Made by a program: the position numbers and the translations under genes | The notes under the pieces: generated by a model | The model's database searches: none | What the model saw: only the letters and a program-made list of their open reading frames with translations | What the model was told of the DNA's origin: nothing | Shown: piece after piece, positions 44,837 through 53,516 of the stretch | Numbering within the stretch: the stretch's first letter is position 1 | Layout of the letters: the number at the start of each line of letters is the position of its first letter | NCBI GenBank assembly: GCA_023380755.1 | Contig: JAMCSD010000006.1 | Coordinates: 188,735 to 252,734 of the forward strand | Direction: 5' to 3' | From: Patescibacteria group bacterium | Lineage (GTDB): Bacteria; Patescibacteriota; Microgenomatia; UBA12405 | Length of the DNA stretch: 64,000 nt

Positions 44837-46536
44837 CCAAAGCCTCAAAGTTACTTCCTACCATTGCTGCCGGCCTCTCCTTTTTAAGTCTCATCCTGGC
44901 CAAGCTCGATGTTTCCTTTAAAATTCAGTGGACCATTCTGGCCATATTCCTCACTGCTATCGGCGCAGTTGTTTTTCTCGCTTACTTTCATAACAGCGAA
45001 TTATTAAAAAAAACTTTTTCTTCTTTTTCCCGCCCCCAGCTTATCATTTTGACCTTCTTGGTTATTTTGACCATTGTTACCCGATTCATATTATTAAAAG
45101 AATATCCCTTTGTAGCCGTAGGCGACGAAGTCCGTGATGGTGGACTCGACGCCGTCCGAATTCATCAACAATTGGTCAATCTTTTTAGTTATGGCCGCTA
45201 TGAATCCCACGGACTGATTATTGCTACTTTTGATAGTCTTTTTTATCCGCTTTTCCATAATAGTGTTTATCTTTACCGCATTCCGGCCGCCATTATCGGC
45301 AGTCTCGATATCCTTTTTATCTTTCTTATTACCCGTCTGATTACCAATTTTCGCACCGCCATTTTTGCCGCTTTATGCTTAATCGCGCTACCGGTGCACC
45401 TTTTTTATTCCCGGACGGAAATTGTCGTTATTTTTAGCAGTTTTCTTTCCACCATTGGTCTCCTCTGTTTCTTTCTTTGGTATCGCCGGCCAGACCTTAT
45501 CAATCTGATTGTCCTTTCCACTTTTATCGGTTTTTCTTTTAACTTCCATGCATCTATTAAAGCCTATTCCTTTGTCATCCTTGGTTTGCTCCTGGCATTT
45601 TTGGTTTGGAAAACATTCCGGCATAAATTATCTCTTCAAAAGTCCCTCACGTCTATTTTGGTTGTTTTCGGTTTTGTAATCGTTGGTTTTGGCCCTCGTC
45701 TTTTGTACACCGATTGGTCAACTTTTACTCATTCCCGCACGATCACTCACGATACTCATGTTTTTACCCTGAAGTCCCTCCAAGACATTGAGACCAATTA
45801 TCTAAAAAGCATCTTAGTTATTTTTTATGAGCCAACTAACAGCCATTTTCCCGATCACCGACCGCTTTTGGACCCCACCCTGGCCCTCTTCTTTTTTATT
45901 GGCCTGGGCGCTATTTTCCTCGTTAACCGCCAGGCAGTTCCGCGTTTTGCCGCCCTCCTTTTATTCTTAGGTTTTTTCACCAACAGTGCCCTGACGGATT
46001 GGATTGGTGCTGATCATCGGATAATGCCGCTCATCCCCCCGCTTATCTTTATTGTTGCCTTTGGCCTAGAATTTGTTTTTTCTCGCTGGCATAGTTCTTT
46101 TTTTCGTCTCACTTTTTTAGTCACTACCTTATTTCTAATTCTTGGTCGTGGTCTCTTATTTTTTACCGAGGAAAGAGCTAATCTGATCGCCATGCCTGAT
46201 GTTAAACAGGCCACCGATTACCTGATGATGCATTTACTTTATGATTTGCCCCAAATTACCAGTAGTCATCAGCTCTGTCTGGTTTCTTCTCCCTACAATA
46301 TTCAAAACTATAACTACTTACATTATCAGGAGCAACGGCAGTTTTTTTATCCCCAGACCAATTTTTCCTTAACTGCCTCGGAGCTTCTGCCGAATTCGGA
46401 ACTTTGGGTCTTTACCGGGGATTGTCCCAGCTCGGGTCTTATTAAACCCAACCACCTTTTATCGGTTAATTGTGCCGCTCAATCTCACTTTTTTTGTCCG
46501 CTTAATTTTAACCGTTCCTTAAATATTTATTACTAA
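44833..46536 (+). CDS. GT-C fold membrane glycosyltransferase (ArnT/PMT-like), paralog 2
   Basis: GTGA start-stop overlap. VGDEVRD follows the second hydrophobic helix. More than 10 TM helices. Confidence 0.7.
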   Translation: MTKASKLLPTIAAGLSFLSLILAKLDVSFKIQWTILAIFLTAIGAVVFLAYFHNSELLKKTFSSFSRPQLIILTFLVILTIVTRFILLKEYPFVAVGDEVRDGGLDAVRIHQQLVNLFSYGRYESHGLIIATFDSLFYPLFHNSVYLYRIPAAIIGSLDILFIFLITRLITNFRTAIFAALCLIALPVHLFYSRTEIVVIFSSFLSTIGLLCFFLWYRRPDLINLIVLSTFIGFSFNFHASIKAYSFVILGLLLAFLVWKTFRHKLSLQKSLTSILVVFGFVIVGFGPRLLYTDWSTFTHSRTITHDTHVFTLKSLQDIETNYLKSILVIFYEPTNSHFPDHRPLLDPTLALFFFIGLGAIFLVNRQAVPRFAALLLFLGFFTNSALTDWIGADHRIMPLIPPLIFIVAFGLEFVFSRWHSSFFRLTFLVTTLFLILGRGLLFFTEERANLIAMPDVKQATDYLMMHLLYDLPQITSSHQLCLVSSPYNIQNYNYLHYQEQRQFFYPQTNFSLTASELLPNSELWVFTGDCPSSGLIKPNHLLSVNCAAQSHFFCPLNFNRSLNIYY

Positions 46537-46537
46537 T

Positions 46538-48244
46538 ATGTTTTCCCGCCGTTATCTTATAGCCATCCTCTTTATCTGGCTTGCGGCTTTCTTGTTCCGT
46601 ATTCACGGTCTAAATTGGGATCAGGGCAATCATCTTCACCCCGATGAACGTTTTTTAACTATGGTTAGCACTGATATCCGCCTCCCGCATTCCTTGTCCA
46701 ACTACCTTGATACTGCCACCTCACCGTTGAATCCCTATAATTACAAACAATACCAGTTTTTTGTTTACGGCACCTTTCCTATTTTTTTCACCAAATATAT
46801 TGCCACCTTCCTCCATCAAGATGGTTATGACCAAATTTATCTGGTAGGCCGCGTTCTTTCTGCGATCTTTGACTCCTTCAATATCTTTTTGTTGTTTATT
46901 TTGTCTCTTAAAATCTTTCCCCGAAAATCAAAATTCATTTTCTTGCCCAGTTTGTTGTATACCTTTTGTGTCTTACCCTTGCAGCTCTCCCATTTTTTTG
47001 CGGTCGATACCTTTCTCACTTTTTTTCTTCTTTTAACCTTTATCTTGTTGAACTCCCGGCAGTATCTGTTTGCCTCCTTTGTTTTTGGACTGGCTCTCAC
47101 CAGTAAAATTTCGGCTGTTTATTTTGCCCCCATCTTTGCCCTCTTCCTGGTCATCAATTTCTTTCAAAAAAGGACCTTCAAAGCCTTAATCTTAGTACCC
47201 TTCTCGTGCCTTTTCCTAACCTTTTTAGCTTTCCGCTTCTTCCAGCCTTACGCCTTCGTGGGGTTATTAAAACTCAATCCATTATTTATCAGCAACCTTA
47301 AAGAATTGGCTGTAGAAAGCGGCCCTCAATCCTTCTTTCCTCCGGCCGTCCAATGGTTTAGCAAAATTAGATTCCTTTTCCCCTTCCAAAATTTGGTTAT
47401 TTGGGGTCTTGGCTTACCGCTGACATTGGCTATCTTGATCACCTCACTTCAACTAAAAAAGCACTGGCGGCATTTACCCTTAGTTATTATCGCCTCAACT
47501 ATCTGGATTCTCGGTTTGCTCCTATATCAGGGCAGTCAGTTTGCCAGCACCATGCGTTATCTTCTGCCAATTTATCCATTTATTATATTAGTTGCTGCCT
47601 ATCTTATTTTTCTCTCCAGATCCACCAAAGTTGTTGCTTTAATCTTAGTCTTCCATGGTCTTTTCGGTCTTATGTTCCTGGGAATCTATAGCCGGCCTCA
47701 TTCTCGCTATCAAGCATCTTTATGGATGTATCAGCATATCCCGCCTAATTCTCGGGTAAGTAATGAGTATTGGGATGACATTCTCCCCATTAATGTTCCC
47801 GGGTACAACCCCTCAGTTTACCAGGGAGTTACCCTTTCTTTTTACGATACCGAATCACCCGTGAAGTGGCAGCATCTCTCCTCCCAGCTTCAAGACGTGG
47901 ATTACCTTGTCATGTCTTCCAATCGCCTTTGGGCTTCCATCCCCCAACTTCCCTCAAAATATCCCGATACCACCAAATTTTATAACCAACTATTTGATGA
48001 AAAAACCCAGTTTAAAAAGATTCTTGAGGTTAATTCTTATCCCGGGATTATGTTGCCTTTCCTCCGCCGCTGTTATTATTTTGGCCCGACCAATTTCCCT
48101 TACCAGGAAAAAACCAATCGCTGGTTTACCGTCGATTCCCAATGCTTTTATCCTGGTATCTACTTCCGGGATGATACTGCCGAAGAAGCCTTCACGGTCT
48201 ATGATCATCCCAAGGTGTTAATTTTTAAAAACAGCTCTATTTAG
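46538..48244 (+). CDS. GT-C fold membrane glycosyltransferase (PMT_2-like), paralog 3
   Basis: LHPDERFLTMV after TM1. Same architecture as paralog 1, including a similar C-terminal stretch (TVYDHPKVLIFK versus TVFDHPTIRLYQK). Confidence 0.8.
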   Translation: MFSRRYLIAILFIWLAAFLFRIHGLNWDQGNHLHPDERFLTMVSTDIRLPHSLSNYLDTATSPLNPYNYKQYQFFVYGTFPIFFTKYIATFLHQDGYDQIYLVGRVLSAIFDSFNIFLLFILSLKIFPRKSKFIFLPSLLYTFCVLPLQLSHFFAVDTFLTFFLLLTFILLNSRQYLFASFVFGLALTSKISAVYFAPIFALFLVINFFQKRTFKALILVPFSCLFLTFLAFRFFQPYAFVGLLKLNPLFISNLKELAVESGPQSFFPPAVQWFSKIRFLFPFQNLVIWGLGLPLTLAILITSLQLKKHWRHLPLVIIASTIWILGLLLYQGSQFASTMRYLLPIYPFIILVAAYLIFLSRSTKVVALILVFHGLFGLMFLGIYSRPHSRYQASLWMYQHIPPNSRVSNEYWDDILPINVPGYNPSVYQGVTLSFYDTESPVKWQHLSSQLQDVDYLVMSSNRLWASIPQLPSKYPDTTKFYNQLFDEKTQFKKILEVNSYPGIMLPFLRRCYYFGPTNFPYQEKTNRWFTVDSQCFYPGIYFRDDTAEEAFTVYDHPKVLIFKNSSI

Positions 48245-48956
48245 TCGCCGTAATAATATAACGGTAAGCCACCATCTTTATCACCGGCAGGTCGCCCAAC
48301 CAATCATTCAGACGGCACAATGTGGTTGAAAAAGAAAATATAAACCGCGGTAATAACCCCAAACCTTTGACCGATATATTCTTATACCCCGATCTGCTAA
48401 ATGCTGACTTCAAATTAAAATAATTGCACTGAGTGATTAACTTTTCCGCCCGCCAGTCCAGAAAAAATGTAATAAATAAATACCAAAATAAATTGCCGGC
48501 CCCCGGCTCTGAAAATGCCGCCACCCCTCCTGGCTCCAGCTTTTGGTAAATCTCGGCCAACGTTTTTTCCAGGTCTACGTGATGCAAAATATCAGCGCCG
48601 ACTATCGCTGCCTCCTGGTTACCTCGCAGCGCCGCTGCCGTCTTGAGACCCTTCGCGCGGCCAAGTTCCTTCGCCAATTCCTTTAAATTCCTTAACGACT
48701 TTTCACTCACATCTACCGCCTCGACTTCGAAACCTTCGCTTAATAAGGGGATGCTCAACCGTCCATTACCACTGCCGAAGTCAACTACTTTCTTCACTGG
48801 GGGATTTTTTTGTTTTATTGCCGTTTCTATTTCTTCAATTTCCAGCTTAGTGTGCAGGGGTGGTTTAATAATCGCCTGCTTCTTGTATTGATTCTCTAAA
48901 TTGTCAAAATAAATTGCCTGATCAAAGGCTAAAGATTTTTTCATAAATTTTAGCAA
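48237..48956 (-). CDS. Class I SAM-dependent methyltransferase
   Basis: Motif I VVDFGSGNGRLS, followed by acidic VEAVDVS. Confidence 0.8.
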   Translation of the reverse strand: MLKFMKKSLAFDQAIYFDNLENQYKKQAIIKPPLHTKLEIEEIETAIKQKNPPVKKVVDFGSGNGRLSIPLLSEGFEVEAVDVSEKSLRNLKELAKELGRAKGLKTAAALRGNQEAAIVGADILHHVDLEKTLAEIYQKLEPGGVAAFSEPGAGNLFWYLFITFFLDWRAEKLITQCNYFNLKSAFSRSGYKNISVKGLGLLPRFIFSFSTTLCRLNDWLGDLPVIKMVAYRYIITATK

Positions 48957-50031
48957 ACTGATCTAACTTAAAAATATCCTTGGCAGTTTGCTGATATTTT
49001 TTATTCAAAGCGGTATCAATTTTTACCGCCAGGTCCTCACTGTCGGCGACTCGGGCAATTTCCCCCATTTTGGTTAATCGGATCGGTACCCGGACACCCG
49101 GTAAATCAGAGGCGACCACCGGACAGCCGCAGATCATGGCCTCCGCTTGGACAATCCCAAAAGTTTCCAGATTATTAATACTCGGGAGTACCAAACAATC
49201 AATATTTTTATAGTAATTAACTAAAGCTTCGTGGGGGATAGGCCCCGTCAGTATTATTTCCTTATCCTTTTTAATCAACGGTTCTAATTGCTTAAAGCTC
49301 TGATCTCCGACCACCGCCTGAAATGGTCCAACTAACACCAGTTTTACTGGCCTCTTTTGTTTAACCAGTTCAAAGGCCTTAATTAAGTATTCCAGTCCCT
49401 TTTCCCATCCCACTCTCCCCACATAACCGATTATTTTCTGATTTCCCCACTCTCTTTTAATCCGCGCACTTTCCTTTTTATCTTCCGCGGCCACAGCCAC
49501 CGGCGGCAAAATATAGTTCACTTTAGACTTAAACATTTGTAGGAAAAATGACTGGTTGGCGTAATCCTGGGTATAGGCCACGATCTTATTAGCCAAAAGA
49601 TAGGTTAAAAAATGAAAGGGAAAACTAATTACAGCGGTCAGCCAGTTCGACAAATTACCATCAAATCCGAATTCGCAATGGTGGGTCACGATTAATCTCT
49701 TCCCCCAAACTTTAGCCCCTACTGCCAAGACTGCCGACTCCAATTGCGGCAGATGGCAGTTAACCACCTCGGTTTGTCGCAGTTCTTTTATGGCGTCCCA
49801 CCAAAAAAGCGGCATCAATACTCCCTTGCCAATCGAGAAACTGACAGCTGATCGTTTAATCTTTATTCCTCCCTTTTCTTCAACCGCTGGTAAATTACGT
49901 AAATAGCGGGAAGTTAAGACTGTCACTTGCCAATCCCTCGCTGCCATAGCTTTGGCTAATTCCTGAGCATAAATCGTGACTCCGGAAATATTGGGTGCAA
50001 AGTAAGTACAACTAATTAGTAGCCGCTTCAT
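48922..50031 (-). CDS. GT4-family (GT-B fold) glycosyltransferase
   Basis: GRVGWEKGLEYLI and the E(x7)E region ETFGIVQAEAMICGCPVVASDLPG. Confidence 0.9.
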   Translation of the reverse strand: MKRLLISCTYFAPNISGVTIYAQELAKAMAARDWQVTVLTSRYLRNLPAVEEKGGIKIKRSAVSFSIGKGVLMPLFWWDAIKELRQTEVVNCHLPQLESAVLAVGAKVWGKRLIVTHHCEFGFDGNLSNWLTAVISFPFHFLTYLLANKIVAYTQDYANQSFFLQMFKSKVNYILPPVAVAAEDKKESARIKREWGNQKIIGYVGRVGWEKGLEYLIKAFELVKQKRPVKLVLVGPFQAVVGDQSFKQLEPLIKKDKEIILTGPIPHEALVNYYKNIDCLVLPSINNLETFGIVQAEAMICGCPVVASDLPGVRVPIRLTKMGEIARVADSEDLAVKIDTALNKKYQQTAKDIFKLDQFAKIYEKIFSL

Positions 50032-50837
50032 TTTTCCGCCGCCACAAACAAATAAGGACTATCGTCGTTCTCGGTTATTCTCTCCGCCAGTCGCTCAAAC
50101 AACAATTTCCACAATCGGTTACTTATATAGCTTGGCCCCCATACCCATTTTCCAAATAATTTTCTGGTTAATAAATTACTTACCCCCCAATAATGTGTTA
50201 CATCAAACCAGGTCATTAAGTTGTTGCTGTTGAAGTATTTTTTTTCCTCGACCAAAGTAAAACCTGCCTCTTTAAATTGCTGCCGCCATCGCATCGGACT
50301 GACATTGGCTACGTGGATTGATTTTCGGTTGAACCATTTTTTATAAGCTTCGCCGATTATTTTTTTTCCCAGCAGTCGGTCACCAAAAGTATCTGTTACC
50401 ACCGTTGTTAATAGTTTCCCACCCCTTTTTAAAACCCGGTGCATCTCTTTAATAATCGTTTGGCTCTGAGGTATGTGCTCCAGTACACAGTTGCAAATCA
50501 CGGTGTCAAAAGTTCCTTCGGGGTAGGGGAATCTAGTTCCGTCATATTCCTTCACTTCCCCATAATTACCCCTTCTTTGAGCTTCCGGCCAGAGTGATCC
50601 GGCCACATCAATTCCGGTGCTAATTTCTTTCCCCCTAAAAACTGACCAGGTAAAAAACCCATCACCACAGCCCACATCCAGCGCCCGGCCCAAATGATCC
50701 CGGTATTTTTCGTAAAAAGGCGCTTCGATTGCCCTGATCATGGCCAGATGCGGGGGCTCCCTATCTAAGAATTCGTCCAATACTCTTTGGTCAAGCAACA
50801 AATTCTTCGTTTTCATTCTGTATAATTCTATCAGCAT
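50028..50837 (-). CDS. Class I SAM-dependent methyltransferase
   Basis: Motif I ALDVGCGDGFFT, then VICNCVLEHI and LKRGGKLL. The start could be 50837 or the internal ATG at 50816. Confidence 0.85.
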   Translation of the reverse strand: MLIELYRMKTKNLLLDQRVLDEFLDREPPHLAMIRAIEAPFYEKYRDHLGRALDVGCGDGFFTWSVFRGKEISTGIDVAGSLWPEAQRRGNYGEVKEYDGTRFPYPEGTFDTVICNCVLEHIPQSQTIIKEMHRVLKRGGKLLTTVVTDTFGDRLLGKKIIGEAYKKWFNRKSIHVANVSPMRWRQQFKEAGFTLVEEKKYFNSNNLMTWFDVTHYWGVSNLLTRKLFGKWVWGPSYISNRLWKLLFERLAERITENDDSPYLFVAAEK

Positions 50838-51405
50838 GACACCGAAAGGCCTACTTTTTTGGCAGCCGTCACATGATTATCTTCGACTGCTTACCAAGAC
50901 TGCCACCGGTCGTCGGTTTTTGGTAATCGTCAACTATTGCATCTGGGTATTTCTTTTTCTAGTTTCTTTCCATTTGATCCGTTTTCAGGCTAATATCTTT
51001 TGGCAGCTGTTGCTGGCTACCACCATTGCCGAGTTTGTGGAACGCCTTGTCAAAGCCCGCCTTTTTTGGAAACGGCCCCTTTTCGAAAGAAAAGACCCCA
51101 TTCCACATGGGCTGGTCAAAACTTGGTACCAAACTGGCAGCTTTCCCTCGGGCCATACTTCCAAAGCCGTCTTCTTTCTTCTCTTTCTCCTTCAATACCC
51201 CGTCCTTAATCCCATACTTTATTTGGTTGTCGTCGTCCCGTTATTGTGTTTTCGGGTCCTCATGGGTTTCCATTACCCGATTGATATTTTGGGCGGAATT
51301 CTGGTCGGCCTGCTGTCTTGGTCCGTAGTTCACAACCTTGTTTTTTCCCCTTATCTGGTAGAATCAGTACATCTAATTTTTAACACTGTCTTTTTTATTA
51401 AATAG
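50836..51405 (+). CDS. PAP2-family lipid phosphate phosphatase
   Basis: ATG at 50836, preferred to the track start at 50740. The three PAP2 motifs are KARLFWKRP, PSGHTS and GFHYPIDILGG. Confidence 0.8.
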   Translation: MTPKGLLFWQPSHDYLRLLTKTATGRRFLVIVNYCIWVFLFLVSFHLIRFQANIFWQLLLATTIAEFVERLVKARLFWKRPLFERKDPIPHGLVKTWYQTGSFPSGHTSKAVFFLLFLLQYPVLNPILYLVVVVPLLCFRVLMGFHYPIDILGGILVGLLSWSVVHNLVFSPYLVESVHLIFNTVFFIK

Positions 51406-51408
51406 ATT

Positions 51409-53487
51409 ATGTTTTCCGACCTGAAATTTATTATTTTGTGGTGGCTCACGGTTTCGGGGATCAGTCTACTGTCATTACCCGCGATTACCTATTTATTTAA
51501 AGACTTTTGGGATAAAGGTTACGCTTTTACCAAAATAGTGGCTTTAAGTTTAATAACTTATGTTGTTTTTGTCTTGAGTGTTTTTAAATTACTTCCTTTT
51601 GAGCAGTACTCCATTTTAGCGGTCATCATGGCCTTGTGTGCGGCGCAATATTTTGTCTTCCAAAGAATCGGTTACTGGCCTACTTTTCGCAAGCTTATTC
51701 AGAATAATTATAAAATTTTCCTTTTCGAAGAAATTGTTTTTTTAGTGATCTTAACGGCCTGGTCCTATGTCCGCGGCTTTGCCCCCGATATCGAAGGTCT
51801 GGAAAAGTTTATGGATTGGGGGTTCGTCAACTCTGCTCTTCGGACCAAGTACTTGCCTCCTGCCGACATGTGGTTTGCCGGTGAACCGATTAACTATTAT
51901 TACTTTGGCCATCTAATATTTGCCTTGCTTACCAAACTTTCTGGCATTAGTTCCGCGGTTACTTACAACCTCAGTATTGCCCTGGCTTGTGCTCTGACTT
52001 TCATCAGCACCTTTTCCTTAAGTTCTAATTTAGCGCATCTGATGCTTCGTCTTTCGTCCTCAGCTAAAAAAATAAAAACTAGCCTATTTCCGGTTATCTT
52101 GGCCGGTCTGGTCTCCGCTTTGCTGCTGACCTTTGGCGGCAATCTTCACACTATCTATAAAATTGGCAAAATCAACATTACTCAAAATGGCCATCTAGTC
52201 CTTACCCCGTCGGCGATTGAAAAAGCCGCCACTGTTTATTGGTATCCCGATGCCACCCGGTTTATTGGTTTTGATCCGGATACCAAAGACAAAACCATCC
52301 ACGAATTTCCTATCTATAGCTTTGTCGTGGCTGACCTTCATGGTCATATGAACGATATTGCTGTGGTCCTGTTCGTAGTGGCCTTTTTGTTAGCCATGTC
52401 CGTCAAAAAATCCGATCAAACCATCATCAATTGGTCGTTAGTCATCCCCCTGGGGCTGGCCCTTTCGGTAGCTTACATGACTAACGCTTGGGATTTTGCC
52501 GTCTACGGGCTGGTTTTTGCCATCACCTCCTTTCTTATCACCAAATCTTTTTGGAAAACAGTCATCAATGGTCTTTTAACCATCGTTCTGTGGTATCTCT
52601 TTACCCTGCCATATAATCTCAACTTTATCCCCATGGCCCAAGGATTGCGCCTCGCTGACGCCCATTCTCCTTTTTATCAATTATTCGTTTTATATGGCGG
52701 TTTCTGGTTAATAGCCCTTCCTTTTGTTATCTTTTTTCTCAGGCATCTCCTCACTCACAAAAAGCTAACCACCATCGACTTTTTCGTTTTTGGACTGATC
52801 ATTACCGCCACCATTCTCATTATTTTGCCGGAGCTGGGCTATGTCAAAGATATCTATATTTATGAACATCGCCGGGCCAACACCATGTTTAAGTTGGTCT
52901 ACCAAGCCTTCATGATTTATGCTGTTTGCGCCGGTTATATCCTGATTCGCTTACGCCGTGTTTTGCCTTATAAATTATTATTTGCTTTAATTTTTATCAT
53001 CCATCTTATTTACCCTTACTTTGCCATTAAAGGTTATTACGGTGACCTGAAAAATTATAAAGGTCTATATGGCCTCAATTTTTTAGCTGACCGTTACCCC
53101 GATAACTATCAGGCCATTTTATGGATCCAAAAAAATATTTCCGGCCAGCCGGTCATGCTCGAAGCTGTCGGCGATAGCTATACTGATTATGACCAAGTTT
53201 CCATGAGTACCGGGCTGCCAACCGTTGAAGGTTGGATTGTTCATGAGTGGCTTTGGCGCGGTGGTTACGACAAGCCGGCTGCCCGTCAAGCCGACGTCTC
53301 TCAAATTTATACCGGTAATGACCTTAATACTGTCCGCTCCCTCCTCCAAAAATATTCTGTCAGCTATATCTTTGTTGGTGCCAAAGAATATGAAAAATAC
53401 CCCTTAATTAACGAGAAGAATTTTGCCAAATTAGGCAACATTGTCTATCAGTCAGGCAACACCAAAATCTATAAACTGAATCAATAA
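51409..53487 (+). CDS. DUF2298 / YYY-motif polytopic membrane protein (GT-C-like)
   Basis: 692 aa with more than 12 TM helices. GEPINYYYFGHLIF matches the eponymous YYY motif. C-terminal soluble domain. Confidence 0.7.
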   Translation: MFSDLKFIILWWLTVSGISLLSLPAITYLFKDFWDKGYAFTKIVALSLITYVVFVLSVFKLLPFEQYSILAVIMALCAAQYFVFQRIGYWPTFRKLIQNNYKIFLFEEIVFLVILTAWSYVRGFAPDIEGLEKFMDWGFVNSALRTKYLPPADMWFAGEPINYYYFGHLIFALLTKLSGISSAVTYNLSIALACALTFISTFSLSSNLAHLMLRLSSSAKKIKTSLFPVILAGLVSALLLTFGGNLHTIYKIGKINITQNGHLVLTPSAIEKAATVYWYPDATRFIGFDPDTKDKTIHEFPIYSFVVADLHGHMNDIAVVLFVVAFLLAMSVKKSDQTIINWSLVIPLGLALSVAYMTNAWDFAVYGLVFAITSFLITKSFWKTVINGLLTIVLWYLFTLPYNLNFIPMAQGLRLADAHSPFYQLFVLYGGFWLIALPFVIFFLRHLLTHKKLTTIDFFVFGLIITATILIILPELGYVKDIYIYEHRRANTMFKLVYQAFMIYAVCAGYILIRLRRVLPYKLLFALIFIIHLIYPYFAIKGYYGDLKNYKGLYGLNFLADRYPDNYQAILWIQKNISGQPVMLEAVGDSYTDYDQVSMSTGLPTVEGWIVHEWLWRGGYDKPAARQADVSQIYTGNDLNTVRSLLQKYSVSYIFVGAKEYEKYPLINEKNFAKLGNIVYQSGNTKIYKLNQ

Positions 53488-53504
53488 AATCAGTCTCAAA
53501 ATTG

Positions 53505-53510
53505 TACAAT
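53505..53510 (+). promoter_or_regulatory. -10 box TACAAT 6 nt upstream of the ATG at 53517; candidate leaderless promoter
   Basis: TACAAT, then taacga, then ATG. No Shine-Dalgarno sequence. Confidence 0.4.
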
Positions 53511-53516
53511 TAACGA

